Of a stretch of 25,774 nt of DNA, positions 1-11,536 are shown in pieces. Numbering within the stretch: position 1 is the stretch's first letter; each line of letters starts with the position of its first letter. Source of the DNA: Myxococcota bacterium (GTDB taxonomy: Bacteria > Myxococcota_A > UBA796 > GCA-2862545); assembly GCA_039208735.1 (NCBI GenBank), contig JBCCQY010000133.1, positions 1-25,774 on the forward strand, in the 5' to 3' direction. The position numbers and the translations under genes were made by a program. The notes under the pieces were generated by a model, which did no database searches, was not told the DNA's origin, and worked only from the letters and a program-made list of their open reading frames with translations.

Positions 1-120
1 AGGGCGATTCACGTCTTCTCGAGGACGGGGAATGTAAAAGCAGCTTGTTGCGAGCAATCCAACCAGTCCCCAAAGTGAGCCGTTTAGGATGCTCCTCAAG
101 AGCGATGAGTGGAATCTCAT
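1..120 (-). CDS. Putative lipoprotein, N-terminal part (runs off the window edge)
   Basis: Not in the ORF track. Manual translation from ATG at 120 gives MRFHSSLLRSILNGSLWGLVGLLATSCFYIPRPREDVNRP: basic N-terminus, hydrophobic core, lipobox-like LATS-C. Same strand as and downstream of the kinase. Confidence 0.6.
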   Translation of the reverse strand, partial: MRFHSSLLRSILNGSLWGLVGLLATSCFYIPRPREDVNRP

Positions 121-283
121 CGTCCGAACCGACTCACTGCAATCCCCGCGCCAGCCACGTCGACCCCGATCTGCCGTAGGTTCTCGGCACTCCCCGGACC
201 TACAACGGCACACACATCGAGACATCCTGATCCTGGTCCCCGAAGGTTGGACCTCGTCAACGTACACGCCAAGGCGGGAAACG

Positions 284-2170
284 TCAGCCCGGAGACCGCG
301 GCGCCTCAAAACGTTGGTCCTCAAGAAGAAACGGCCAATCCCGGCTGTCTCCGCGGCCATCGGGGCATCGGATGGCAATCTCGAGCGGGGCCTTCGGTTG
401 TTGAACGTGCCAATACCGCTGCAACCCTGCCACGGTGTTTCGAGGTTCGCCGTTGACGATGACCTGGCACGCATCGGGCCAACCCACAAAGTGCACCCGG
501 CGTGGCTTCAGGGTGAGTGCCACCGACACGACGTTGCGCTCATCGGGCGCAATCCGCACGTCGGGCTCCACATGAACCTTGGTGAACTGCGATCGGATGA
601 TCAGGTCGTAGGAACCCGAGGCCACGGTGATGGGCTCGCGTACGTTCCCTACTTTCCGATTGCCAATCCAGACCTCGGCCATGTCGTCGCCGGAATCCAC
701 CCACAGGGTACCAAAGCCCAAGGGCTCAGCGGGAGCCGCTTCGGAGGCCACGTTCCGGGGCACCGACATTCGAGAAGGGAGCCGAGTCACCGCGCGGTCG
801 GCCTCACGAGCCCCCGCCCGCACCCGCGGAGACTTCGGCGCCACCTTGACCGCCACCGCCTCTTCGCGAACTTCGGCTGGAGCCGCGACCGCTTCGACGT
901 CGACCGGCTCGACCGGGGGCCCTTGCGATTCGATCCGCGGCACCGGAGGTGGGTTGTCGCTTTGAGCAGGCATCTCGATCAGGGGTTTTGCAGCCGCCAC
1001 CTTCTGGACAGCAGGAGTCTCCGCAACGTCACGCCACATTGTCCACGCCACCACGCCGCCAACCGCGAGCAACGCCAAGGCGACCACGGGGACCCAGCGC
1101 CAGCGTGCTGCGCTTGAAGGCGGGCTCCCATGGAGGTTCTGGACGAGGGCCAACACCTCTTCGTTGTCTTCATCCATCGACAACAGGCGGTTGAAGAGGC
1201 GCAATGCCGCAAGATGGTCGCCTGCGGCAAGGCGTTGCTGCCCCTCATCGGCCAAGACTCGCGTGAGGTGCAGGTCAAGCCGTTCGGTGTAGGCCTCGGG
1301 CTCCTCGACGTAGCAACGAAGGCCCCATGCTTCATCCTCAAGCTTCGTCCGAGTTTCCTCGACGCAAGCTCGCAAGGCCTCCTCGACGGCCGACGCGCTG
1401 ACGAATCGGTCGCTCGGACTCGTTGCGAGAAGCTGTTCGATGACGTCCGCCAGCGACGCCGACATCGTCGGTGCAAGCTCCGTCACGTGAGGTCGGTTTC
1501 CCTCGATGACATTCTTGAGGATGAGGGAGGGGTTCGAGCCCGAAAACGGAAGATGTCCGGTCACCAGGTAGAACAGGACCGTGCCCAACGAAAAAAGGTC
1601 GGAGCGAGGGTCGAGGATGAGTTCCTGTGCTTGCTCGGGGCTCATGAACGCAGGTGAACCCACCAACGCACCGGTCATGGTGACCTGGGACTCGTCCAAG
1701 AATCGTGCGATGCCGAAGTCCATCAGTTTGACCGCACCATCCACCCGCACCATCACGTTGTCGGTCTTGAGGTCCCGATGCAGGATGCCTTCGTGGTGGG
1801 CGTACGAAAGAGCACGGGCAATCTCGACCCCTAGCCGGGCCACGACCTCGGACGGCATGCGTCCCGTTCGATGCAGCAGGTGCGTGAGCGTCTCGCCCTT
1901 GACGAACTCGGTGACGATATAGCAATCGGCAGCGTCGTTGCCCGAATAATCGAAGATTTCCAGGATGTTGTCGTGCCGAAGACGTTCGACCGCTTTGGCC
2001 TCACGCGCAAATCGCAGACGGTTTCGCGACGATGAGGAAAGATGAGGGTGAAGCACCTTGATCGCAACATCACGGTCCAGCGTTGAGTGACGACCCCGGT
2101 AGACCGTGGCCATCCCCCCTTCGCCAACCTTCTGAAGGACTTCGTACTTATCCAGGGTGGTACCGATCAA
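284..2170 (-). CDS. Membrane-anchored Hanks-type Ser/Thr protein kinase (kinase, TPR-like helices, TM, PEGA-like C-terminus)
   Basis: GEGGMATVY, VAIKVL, HRDLKTDN, DFG and GSPAFMSPEQ motifs; TM segment WVPVVALALLAVGGVVAW. Start placed at TTG 2170 (LIGTTLDKY) rather than the ORF-track start at 2209. Confidence 0.93.
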   Translation of the reverse strand: MIGTTLDKYEVLQKVGEGGMATVYRGRHSTLDRDVAIKVLHPHLSSSSRNRLRFAREAKAVERLRHDNILEIFDYSGNDAADCYIVTEFVKGETLTHLLHRTGRMPSEVVARLGVEIARALSYAHHEGILHRDLKTDNVMVRVDGAVKLMDFGIARFLDESQVTMTGALVGSPAFMSPEQAQELILDPRSDLFSLGTVLFYLVTGHLPFSGSNPSLILKNVIEGNRPHVTELAPTMSASLADVIEQLLATSPSDRFVSASAVEEALRACVEETRTKLEDEAWGLRCYVEEPEAYTERLDLHLTRVLADEGQQRLAAGDHLAALRLFNRLLSMDEDNEEVLALVQNLHGSPPSSAARWRWVPVVALALLAVGGVVAWTMWRDVAETPAVQKVAAAKPLIEMPAQSDNPPPVPRIESQGPPVEPVDVEAVAAPAEVREEAVAVKVAPKSPRVRAGAREADRAVTRLPSRMSVPRNVASEAAPAEPLGFGTLWVDSGDDMAEVWIGNRKVGNVREPITVASGSYDLIIRSQFTKVHVEPDVRIAPDERNVVSVALTLKPRRVHFVGWPDACQVIVNGEPRNTVAGLQRYWHVQQPKAPLEIAIRCPDGRGDSRDWPFLLEDQRFEAPRSPG

Positions 2171-2208
2171 TCGACCACCAAAACGAAAAAGGAGACAGGA
2201 GCACCGCA

Positions 2209-2214
2209 ACTATA
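2209..2214 (-). promoter_or_regulatory. Possible sigma70-type -10 element (TATAGT) for the kinase gene
   Basis: TATAGT on the minus strand about 40 nt upstream of the TTG start, in an AT-rich patch. No convincing -35. Confidence 0.3.
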
Positions 2215-2306
2215 ACCAATGCACGTGACATCGACGCCGGACGGCGGGAGATGTGACACGTTCGGCACCCCTGTCCGCCGGGATGCTGGTGCGCAGCCAA
2301 GGGCGC

Positions 2307-3161
2307 TCAAAAGGTCTCACCTGCTGGGGAGATGAGGCCTCGGTCATGCAAAATGCCCAAAATTGTCGCTGCGGTCTCTTCGACGGCCTTACCCGTGACA
2401 TCGATGACCGGCCACTCTCGATGCCGACGAAACAGGTCGTCGGCATACTCGAGTTCAGCCAGGATGTAGTGCATATCGGAATAGTTCATACGCCGAGCCA
2501 TTCCCATGGCGCGCATGCGGGCCACGCGAATCGCCTGGAGTGCGTCGGCGTCAATGGTCAGGGCAAAGACCCTCCTCTGGTCGACCTGCTCAAGCTGGTC
2601 AGGGACCGGATGTTCCAGCACGATCGGGACGTTGCCCACCTTGTAGCCCTTGTGAGCCAAGTAGGTGGACAGTGGCGTCTTGCTCGTTCGCGAAACGCCC
2701 ACCAAGATAATGTCGGCCTTGTCGAGCATGCGGGGCTCTTTGCCGTCGTCGGCCTTGACGGTGAATTCGACGGCCTCGATTCGGCGAAAGTAGGTCTCGT
2801 CCGCCTGGTGCATCAGACCAGGCACCCCCTCGGGCTGCTGCTCAAGGTAGGTCGACAACACCGACAACAGGTCTTCGATGAGATCGAGATGGGCAACCCC
2901 ATGTTCTGCGGACAGCTCCGCCGCATAGGCTCGCATGTCTTGGGCTACGAGCGTGGTGACCACCGCAGCCTGCTGCTGACCGGCCATCCGAAACCAACTT
3001 CGCAGCTGATCGGGTCGGGTGATGTGGGCGTAGGTTCGCACGTGAACCAGATGACCTCGAAACTGCTGCAACGCAGCTCGGACCATCTTTTCGCCGGTTT
3101 CACCGGTGCCGTCGGATAAGACGAGGATGGGTTTGGGAAGTCGCGAAGGGCCGTCATTCAT
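2307..3161 (-). CDS. ppsR: Pyruvate,phosphate dikinase / PEP synthase regulatory protein (bifunctional kinase/pyrophosphorylase, DUF299)
   Basis: N-terminal LSDGTGETG, YFRRIEAVEFTVKADDG, signature ADIILVGVSRTSKTPLSTYLA, C-terminal VIDVTGKAVEETA. Confidence 0.95.
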   Translation of the reverse strand: MNDGPSRLPKPILVLSDGTGETGEKMVRAALQQFRGHLVHVRTYAHITRPDQLRSWFRMAGQQQAAVVTTLVAQDMRAYAAELSAEHGVAHLDLIEDLLSVLSTYLEQQPEGVPGLMHQADETYFRRIEAVEFTVKADDGKEPRMLDKADIILVGVSRTSKTPLSTYLAHKGYKVGNVPIVLEHPVPDQLEQVDQRRVFALTIDADALQAIRVARMRAMGMARRMNYSDMHYILAELEYADDLFRRHREWPVIDVTGKAVEETAATILGILHDRGLISPAGETF

Positions 3162-3200
3162 GAAGGCAGGGTATCGGAAGCGAGCGACGACCTGCTTGGC

Positions 3201-3518
3201 TCAGCCCTGAAGATTGCGGCGAATGCGCAGAATCAGTCCGACATCACCCTCGAGCTGAACCCGCTGTTCGACATGTGCACGAATCAAGTCGAGGTCTCCT
3301 CGGTACCAGGCGGAAAAATCGTCGACGGTCCCCGAGAAGCGGCAGTCCGCACGATCGATGTCGCCAAAACGCAGCTCTGCCCCTCCGCGGTGTCGAACCA
3401 CCGTCCATATGCCGCCGCCATCGCCCTCGAGTTGGAACGTGATCGCGATGCCATCGGGAAGTTCCGGGGAGTTCCCAGCTTCTCGCATGAGATCGGCGAT
3501 ACGTGCAGGCGCGACCAT
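3201..3518 (-). CDS. SCP2 (sterol carrier protein 2) lipid-binding domain protein
   Basis: FQLEGDGGGIWTV, ADCRFSGTVDDF and RVQLEGDVGL follow the SCP2 pattern. ATG 3518 is preceded by a GGAGG RBS; 105 aa. Confidence 0.8.
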   Translation of the reverse strand: MVAPARIADLMREAGNSPELPDGIAITFQLEGDGGGIWTVVRHRGGAELRFGDIDRADCRFSGTVDDFSAWYRGDLDLIRAHVEQRVQLEGDVGLILRIRRNLQG

Positions 3519-3672
3519 CGGGCTGTCCTCCGTCAGTGGAACGCGTTGCGAACCCAGGGGGCCCAAGGGGAGTGCTCGACTCCGCCCCGTCGGTTCGGTA
3601 TACCCCGAACTTGGTTTCACATCGGGTAGACCCTTGCGCCTGCAAGATCGGAGTACCCGACTCGATCTGCAG

Positions 3673-3798
3673 ATGGGTGCCGACATGGAAATGGAATCCG
3701 GCTTCTTTCACTTCGGTTTGAACGAGGCGGCGGCTGTCACATTGGCCATTGTGATCATCGTCGATTGGGCCTTTTTTCGATACGGGTCTCAGCGTTAG
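3673..3798 (+). CDS. Putative small single-pass membrane protein (35-41 aa)
   Basis: MGADMEMESGFFHFGLNEAAAVTLAIVIIVDWAFFRYGSQR contains one hydrophobic helix. Fills the gap between SCP2 and lon. Alternative ATGs at 3685 and 3691; no clear RBS. Confidence 0.4.
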   Translation: MGADMEMESGFFHFGLNEAAAVTLAIVIIVDWAFFRYGSQR

Positions 3799-3871
3799 CA
3801 CCGTGTCGTGACCCATCCGTGAGATCGGCGGATTCCCCGTCGTGACGCATGATGACGGGCAGATCGAGGCC

Positions 3872-3906
3872 TTGTCAGTTCGTCGACCGTGCATACGGTG
3901 TAAGAT
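3872..3906 (+). promoter_or_regulatory. Candidate lon promoter with overlapping inverted repeat
   Basis: TTGTCA (3872-3877), 16 nt, then TACGGT (3894-3899); alternative -10 TAAGAT (3901-3906). Inverted repeat ACCGT-GCAT-ACGGT at 3886-3899. Confidence 0.3.
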
Positions 3907-3942
3907 GCGCGGTTTGGTCCGCGCCTCGACCCCCGAGGACAC

Positions 3943-6375
3943 ATGGCCTTTGAAAATCCGACGGAAACACCGACGGATGTGCCACAGCACTTGGACATCC
4001 CGGTGCTGGCCATCCGCAACACCGTCATCTTCCCGGTCCTGGCCTTTCCGATCAACGTAGGACGGACGAAGTCGGTCCGCGCGGTCGAAGAGGCGCTCGC
4101 CACGGAAGAGAAGTTCCTGGGCATCTTCGCCCAGCGCGACCCGAAGACCGAGGACCCCGGCAAAACCGACCTTTACGAGGTCGGAACCGTCGTGAAGATC
4201 CTCAAGATGGTCAAGGTCCCCGGGAACAAGCTGAACGTGATCATCCAAGGACTCGCTCGTGCTCGGGTCGAAGACTGGGATGACGAGGGTGAGTTCCTAC
4301 GGGCTCGCCTCGAGACGTTCCAGCCCGAACCCCCAACCCGTGATGCGGAAGATCTGATGGACACGCTGCGCGAGCTTGCGCAGAAGATCATCGATCTTTC
4401 CCCTCAGATCCCGGCCGAGGCGAGCTTCCTCGTACGGTCGATCGAGGAGCCCGGGGTGCTGGCTGATATCGTGGCGAGCAACCTCAACATTGTTCCTGAA
4501 GAAAAGCAGGATCTGCTCGAGACCTTCCCCACCCACGACCGCATGCAGAAGGTCATCGCTCTTCTCAACAAGGAAATCCAGGTCCTCGAGCTGTCGAACA
4601 AGATTCAGACCGAGGTCAAGGGCGAGATGGACAAGGCTCAGCGGGAATATTTCCTGCGCGAGCAGCTGAAGGCCATCCAAAAAGAGCTGGGCGAAGTCGA
4701 CGAACGCCAGGAAGAGTTCGAGGAAATCAAGCGGGCCATCAAGCGCGCGAAGATGCCCAAAGACGTCGAAGAGATCGCGTTCAAGGAACTCAAGCGGATG
4801 TCGCGCATGAGCCCTGGCGCGGCCGAATACACCGTCAGTCGCACCTACATCGACTGGCTGTGCGAACTGCCTTGGGCCATCTCGAGCAAGGACCGGCTCG
4901 ATGTAAACGAGGCCGACCGGATCCTCGACGAAGACCACTACGGCCTTGACAAGGTCAAGCAGCGCATCCTCGAATTCCTCGCAGTCCGCAAACTCAAGCA
5001 GGACATGAAGGGCCCCATCCTCTGCCTGGTCGGACCACCGGGCGTCGGCAAGACCTCGCTCGCCAAGTCCGTGGCGCGCGCGCTGGGCCGTAAGATGGTG
5101 CGCATCGCCCTCGGCGGGGTGCGCGACGAAGCCGAGATTCGGGGCCACCGCCGGACCTACATCGGTTCGATGCCGGGCAAGATTTTGAAGGGCATGAAGA
5201 AGGCGGGCACCAACAACCCTGTCTTCGTGCTTGACGAGATTGACAAGCTTGGCTCGGATTACCGCGGGGATCCCAGTTCCGCGTTGCTCGAGGTGCTCGA
5301 CCCCGAGCAGAACGATTCGTTCTCGGACCACTACCTGGACGTGGCCTTCGATCTGTCGAAGGTGCTGTTCATTGCGACGGCGAACGTGCCCGACACGATC
5401 CCGGGGCCGCTCCGGGACCGGATGGAGATCATCCGCATTGCCGGGTACACGCACAACGAAAAGGACCAGATCGCCAAGCGCTACCTCTGGCCCGAGTGCC
5501 TCGAAGACCACGGTTTGACCGACGAGATGGTCAAACTCCCCCAGGAGACCCTCGACAAGGCGATCGAGTCTTACACGCGCGAGGCGGGCGTTCGTTCGCT
5601 CAAGCGGGAACTGGCGGCCATCTGCCGCTGGGCCGCACGAGAGATTGCGAGCGGCAAGCGCGAGGCAGGCTTCGAAGTGACGCCCGAGCTGCTCGAAGAG
5701 ATTCGGGGCCCCATTCACTTCTGGAAGGAAGTTGCAGAACGCACTGCGGTGCCCGGCGTGGCCACCGGGCTCGCATGGACGAGCACCGGTGGCGAGATTC
5801 TCTTCATCGAAGCCACCAAGATGAAGGGCAAGGGCAGCCTTACGCTCACCGGATCGCTCGGTGACGTGATGAAGGAATCCGTCACCGTTGCCCAGAGCTA
5901 CATCCGGTCGTCCGCGATGGCGATCGGCATCGACCAGCGCGACTTCGAAAAGTTCGACCTGCACGTCCACGTGCCGTCTGGAGCGATCCCGAAGGATGGC
6001 CCATCGGCCGGGGTCACCATGATCACCGCGATTGCGAGCTTGCTCACCGATCTCAAGGTGGACCCCACGATCGCCATGACCGGCGAGATCACCCTGCGCG
6101 GAGCCGTGCTTCCGGTGGGTGGGGTCAAGGAGAAGGTGCTCGCGGCCCATCGCGCGGGCATCCGTACCGTGATCCTACCCGAAAAATGTCGGAAGGACCT
6201 GGTTGAAGTGCCGGATGAGATCCAGGGCGACCTCGAATTCAAGTTCGTGAACCGCATGGAAGAGGTGCTCGAATTGGCCCTCGGTGCAGAGCGGCTCGCC
6301 GAAGTTCGGCGCCGTCTGGCCCTGCGTAAGCAGCAGGAATCCGCCGAGAGCCAGGTCGCCCACCCCCAAGCCTGA
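3943..6375 (+). CDS. lon: ATP-dependent protease La (LonA)
   Basis: Lon N-domain, Walker [23 protein letters not shown], Walker B VLDEIDK, catalytic Ser in PKDGPSAG and Lys in GGVKEK; GAGG RBS. Confidence 0.99.
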   Translation: MAFENPTETPTDVPQHLDIPVLAIRNTVIFPVLAFPINVGRTKSVRAVEEALATEEKFLGIFAQRDPKTEDPGKTDLYEVGTVVKILKMVKVPGNKLNVIIQGLARARVEDWDDEGEFLRARLETFQPEPPTRDAEDLMDTLRELAQKIIDLSPQIPAEASFLVRSIEEPGVLADIVASNLNIVPEEKQDLLETFPTHDRMQKVIALLNKEIQVLELSNKIQTEVKGEMDKAQREYFLREQLKAIQKELGEVDERQEEFEEIKRAIKRAKMPKDVEEIAFKELKRMSRMSPGAAEYTVSRTYIDWLCELPWAISSKDRLDVNEADRILDEDHYGLDKVKQRILEFLAVRKLKQDMKGPILCLVGPPGVGKTSLAKSVARALGRKMVRIALGGVRDEAEIRGHRRTYIGSMPGKILKGMKKAGTNNPVFVLDEIDKLGSDYRGDPSSALLEVLDPEQNDSFSDHYLDVAFDLSKVLFIATANVPDTIPGPLRDRMEIIRIAGYTHNEKDQIAKRYLWPECLEDHGLTDEMVKLPQETLDKAIESYTREAGVRSLKRELAAICRWAAREIASGKREAGFEVTPELLEEIRGPIHFWKEVAERTAVPGVATGLAWTSTGGEILFIEATKMKGKGSLTLTGSLGDVMKESVTVAQSYIRSSAMAIGIDQRDFEKFDLHVHVPSGAIPKDGPSAGVTMITAIASLLTDLKVDPTIAMTGEITLRGAVLPVGGVKEKVLAAHRAGIRTVILPEKCRKDLVEVPDEIQGDLEFKFVNRMEEVLELALGAERLAEVRRRLALRKQQESAESQVAHPQA

Positions 6376-6422
6376 CGCCGCTCATGCCGTCAGCTGCGTG
6401 CCCCTAAACGTTATCTGGGGGC

Positions 6423-7934
6423 ATGCAGCTGCGTCCCTTTCAGCGGGTTTTGGTGGCGAATCGCGGCGAGATCGCGGTTCGCGTGATTCGTGGATGTCAC
6501 GACGAAGGTCTTGAGGCCGTGGCCGTCTATTCGGAGGCCGATGCCGAAGGGCTTGCCGTGCGAATGGCCGACCGGGCCGTGCCGATCGGACCCGCGGCCA
6601 GCCAGCAGAGCTACCTGCGGCCCGAGAAGATCCTCGCCGCGGCCAAGGCCACGGGTTGTGATGCCATCCACCCCGGCTACGGCTTCCTCTCCGAGAACGC
6701 GGAGTTCGCAAGGCAGGTGATCGAAGCGGGCCTGGTGTGGATCGGGCCCCCTCCGGACGCCATCGCGAGCATGGGCAGCAAAACCGCCGCCCGGCGGGTG
6801 ATGCGAGACGCTGGCGTTCCTTTGGTGCCCGGCACCGTCGACCCCGTCACCAGTGCCGAAGAAGCCGAACGGGTCGCGGCCGACATCGGCCTTCCGGTGA
6901 TGGTGAAGGCCGCGGCGGGTGGCGGCGGCAAGGGCATGCGGGCGGTGTTTGAGGCCTCTGAAGTGGCCGCGGCCTGGCGCACTGCCTCGTCCGAGGCCAC
7001 GCAGTCGTTTGGCAACGGCGACGTCTACCTCGAGAGGCTGGTTCAAGGGCCACGTCACGTCGAGGTGCAAATCCTGGCGGACGGGCATGGAAAGACGGTG
7101 CATCTGTTCGAGCGGGACTGCTCGATCCAGCGCCGGCACCAGAAGGTGTTTGAGGAGTCCCCATGCCCGGTGCTCCCGGAAGCGACGCGTCAGGCGCTCT
7201 GCAAGGCGGCCGTGGCGGCGGCCGAGGCGGTCGACTACGTCGGAGCGGGCACCGTCGAGTTCCTCTACGAACCCGCGCGCGACGAGTTCTACTTTCTCGA
7301 GATGAACACGCGCTTGCAGGTCGAGCATCCGATCACCGAGCAGGTCACCGGTGTCGACCTCGTCGTCCAGCAGTTGCGCGTTGCCTCCGGGCAGCCACTT
7401 CCCTTCGACCAAGCCGACCTCGCGCAACGGGGTCACGCCGTCGAGTGTCGCGTCTACGCCGAAGACGCCGCAGCAAACTTTCGACCCGCCCCGGGGCCCC
7501 TGTATGGCTACCGCGAACCGACCGGGCCGTGGGTCCGTGTCGATGCAGGCGTGACCGAGGGCATGGATGTGGTCGTCCACTACGACCCCATGATCGCCAA
7601 GCTCATCGTGTGGGGACCGGACCGAAAAACGGCATTGGCCCGATGTGCACGCGCGCTTCGGGACTACCACATCGTGGGTGTTCCCACCTCGATCCCGTTC
7701 TTCCTGCGCCTGTTCGAAGACGAGCAATTCCAAGCCGGTAACTACGACACGGGGTTCATCACCCCGGAGTGGCTGGCGGCACAGCTCGGCGACGTGCCCG
7801 TCGACGATGAGTTGCTGATGACGGCTGCGGTCGCTCGCTATGAGGCCGACCGCCGAAAGACCGGTCCCGCTTCGACCTCCACCGCCACGAGCGGCTGGAA
7901 ACGCGCCCGTGACTGGCGCAATCGCCGTTGGTAA
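6423..7934 (+). CDS. Biotin carboxylase subunit of an acyl-CoA (probably propionyl-CoA) carboxylase
   Basis: VLVANRGEIA, HPGYGFLSEN, GGGGKGMR, ERDCSIQRRHQK, EMNTRLQVEH, YDPMIAKLI. Has a C-terminal extension but no biotinyl domain, so a split alpha subunit. Confidence 0.95.
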   Translation: MQLRPFQRVLVANRGEIAVRVIRGCHDEGLEAVAVYSEADAEGLAVRMADRAVPIGPAASQQSYLRPEKILAAAKATGCDAIHPGYGFLSENAEFARQVIEAGLVWIGPPPDAIASMGSKTAARRVMRDAGVPLVPGTVDPVTSAEEAERVAADIGLPVMVKAAAGGGGKGMRAVFEASEVAAAWRTASSEATQSFGNGDVYLERLVQGPRHVEVQILADGHGKTVHLFERDCSIQRRHQKVFEESPCPVLPEATRQALCKAAVAAAEAVDYVGAGTVEFLYEPARDEFYFLEMNTRLQVEHPITEQVTGVDLVVQQLRVASGQPLPFDQADLAQRGHAVECRVYAEDAAANFRPAPGPLYGYREPTGPWVRVDAGVTEGMDVVVHYDPMIAKLIVWGPDRKTALARCARALRDYHIVGVPTSIPFFLRLFEDEQFQAGNYDTGFITPEWLAAQLGDVPVDDELLMTAAVARYEADRRKTGPASTSTATSGWKRARDWRNRRW

Positions 7935-7944
7935 GGATGACGCC

Positions 7945-8440
7945 ATGAAGTACACGATCGAGATTGGGGGCCGGACCGCTTCCGTCGAAGTGACCGACCA
8001 TCCCGACGGCGGCTACACGCTGAGCATCGATGAGGCGCCACCACGCCATGTTCACGCCGATGCGGTGGGGGCGGCCGAGTGGCGACTGACGCACGACAAC
8101 CAAACCCGTAAAGTAGCCCTCGTGGTACGCGGCGAGAACGTCGCGGCCCAGACGCCGGATGGTGCGCTGTTCGGAACGGCCGTCGATCCACGAGACCAGG
8201 CGCTTGAGGCCCTATCGGGCGGAGGGCAGGGCGCCATCAAGACGCCCATGCCCGGTGCGATCGTACGGGTGGAGGTTGCGCCAGGCGATGCCGTCGAAAA
8301 GGGCCAGGTGCTCGTCGTCGTCGAGGCCATGAAGATGGAAAATGAGTTTCGTGCCGAGACCTCGGGTCGGGTGGCTTCCGTCGGGGTGAATCCGGGTGAT
8401 TCGGTAGACGCGGGAACCGTTTTGGTCGTGGTAGAAACCG

Positions 8441-8448
<8 letters not shown>
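7945..8448 (+). CDS. Biotin carboxyl carrier protein (BT-like N-domain plus biotinyl domain)
   Basis: TPMPGAIV and the EAMKMENE biotinylation motif. ATG 7945 follows an AAGGA RBS; 3' end overlaps the next start. Confidence 0.93.
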
Positions 8449-10081
<1,633 letters not shown>

Positions 10082-10098
10082 CGCCGAAGGAGACGCCC

Positions 10099-11526
10099 AT
10101 GTCGACCGAGGAACCCCGTCATCCCTCTGGGACCCCGGACGATGGGCGTCCGGTCGCCTCGGTCTCTATCGCAAAAGGTCGCCCGGTCCTCGCGAGCGAT
10201 GATGCCGCCGCGGAGGCGTTTCGCCGCAACAGCCCTCGGAAACGGCGTCACTTTCCACCCGAACCGAAAACCTGGCGAGATGCCGGCTTTGATCATGCGG
10301 CAGCGGAGGCGTTGGTCCTTCGCCACCTGCTCAATGCGCGGTCGATGACGGGTCGGGTGTTGAGCGACGCGACGTGCCTCGACTTAGGCCTTGTGCAAGA
10401 CGCGCTCGAGAGCCTCAAAGACAAGAAGCTGGTGGTCCGCCGTGGCACCACCGTCATGGGGGACTTCGTCAATGAGCTGACGGATGCCGGTCGCGAGAAA
10501 GCCTTGCAGAGCCGCAGCATCACCCACTACGTCGGTCCGGCTCCGGTGCCGTGGCACCACTACTTGCAGCACCTTGAAGCGCAGTCGGTCCGGGCGCTGT
10601 CGCCCACCATGGAAGACCTGCAACGCGCATTCGCCGATCTGCAGGTGTCCGACGAACTCTACGATCAGCTTGGCCCCGCGATTACGAGCGGTCGCGCCCT
10701 GTTTCTGCATGGAGAACCGGGCAACGGCAAGACCAGCCTCGCCGAACGGATGACCCGATGTTTTGGTGGAGAAGTGTGGCTACCCTACACCCTCGATATC
10801 GGTGGTCACTACGTCAAGCTCTTCGATCCGGCGGTTCATCGCCCGGTCGAGGTCGATGCAAAGACCAAAGAGCAGCAAGACCGACGGTGGGTCCTCGTCG
10901 AACGGCCCACCCTGGTCGCCGGGGGCGAACTGTCGCTACCCATGCTCGAAATCCAACACGACCCCACGACCAATACCGCAGAAGCCCCCCTGCAGCTCAA
11001 GGCCAACCTGGGGACGTTCGTGGTCGATGACTTCGGGCGGGGCGTCACCGCCCCTCGCGACCTCTTGAATCGCTGGATCTACCCCCTTGAACGGGGCCTC
11101 GACTTTCTGTCGTTGCCCGACGGCCGGAAGTTTTCCTCGCCGTTCGACTGCGTGCTCGTATTCTCGACCAATCTCGAGCCGCGAGATCTGGCCGATGAGG
11201 CGTTCTTGCGCCGTATTCCCTACAAGATTCACGTGGGCGATCCGACCGAAGACGAGTTTGAGGCGCTGGTCGTCCATGAAGCCCGCCAGATGGGCATCCA
11301 GCTGCCCGAACGGTCCGTTCATTACTTGCTCGAACGCCACTACCGCCTGCACGGGCGACCCATGCGCTTCTGTCATCCCCGGGACCTGCTCCAGCAAGTC
11401 CGACACCTCTGCGACTTCGAACGCCGAGAGGCCACCGCGGGTCCCAAGGAATGGGACCGTGTGGTAGGCAACTACTTTGGTCACTACGGGCCACCGCGCG
11501 GTGCGACGCCCCTGTCTCCACGCTAG
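10099..11526 (+). CDS. Uncharacterised AAA+ ATPase with N-terminal winged-helix-like segment
   Basis: Walker A GEPGNGKTS, Walker B-like FVVDDFGR, sensor-1 VFSTN, arginine finger AFLRRIPYK; AAGGAG RBS. Confidence 0.88.
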   Translation: MSTEEPRHPSGTPDDGRPVASVSIAKGRPVLASDDAAAEAFRRNSPRKRRHFPPEPKTWRDAGFDHAAAEALVLRHLLNARSMTGRVLSDATCLDLGLVQDALESLKDKKLVVRRGTTVMGDFVNELTDAGREKALQSRSITHYVGPAPVPWHHYLQHLEAQSVRALSPTMEDLQRAFADLQVSDELYDQLGPAITSGRALFLHGEPGNGKTSLAERMTRCFGGEVWLPYTLDIGGHYVKLFDPAVHRPVEVDAKTKEQQDRRWVLVERPTLVAGGELSLPMLEIQHDPTTNTAEAPLQLKANLGTFVVDDFGRGVTAPRDLLNRWIYPLERGLDFLSLPDGRKFSSPFDCVLVFSTNLEPRDLADEAFLRRIPYKIHVGDPTEDEFEALVVHEARQMGIQLPERSVHYLLERHYRLHGRPMRFCHPRDLLQQVRHLCDFERREATAGPKEWDRVVGNYFGHYGPPRGATPLSPR

Positions 11527-11536
11527 ACGACCCCAC

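Noticed and set aside
89..1117. 342-aa plus-strand ORF opposite the kinase, and similar antisense ORFs at 2253-3119, 11651-12553 and 24294-25229
   Set aside because: They overlap well-supported genes on the other strand, have shadow-like composition and show no domains.
2189..2221. Double AGGAG Shine-Dalgarno-like sequence on the plus strand
   Set aside because: The nearest ATG is 17 nt away and would run antisense to neighbours; more simply the pyrimidine-rich 5' leader of the kinase.
4297..6150. 617-aa antisense ORF inside lon
   Set aside because: Shadow ORF caused by high-GC codon bias on the sense strand; no recognisable motifs.
6372..6393. CTGACG/CGTCAG hairpin at the lon stop as a terminator
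   Set aside because: Short stem with no U-tract, and the next gene follows within 50 nt.
6411..7955. 514-aa antisense ORF opposite biotin carboxylase 1
   Set aside because: Same shadow-frame effect; the plus-strand gene has all BC motifs.
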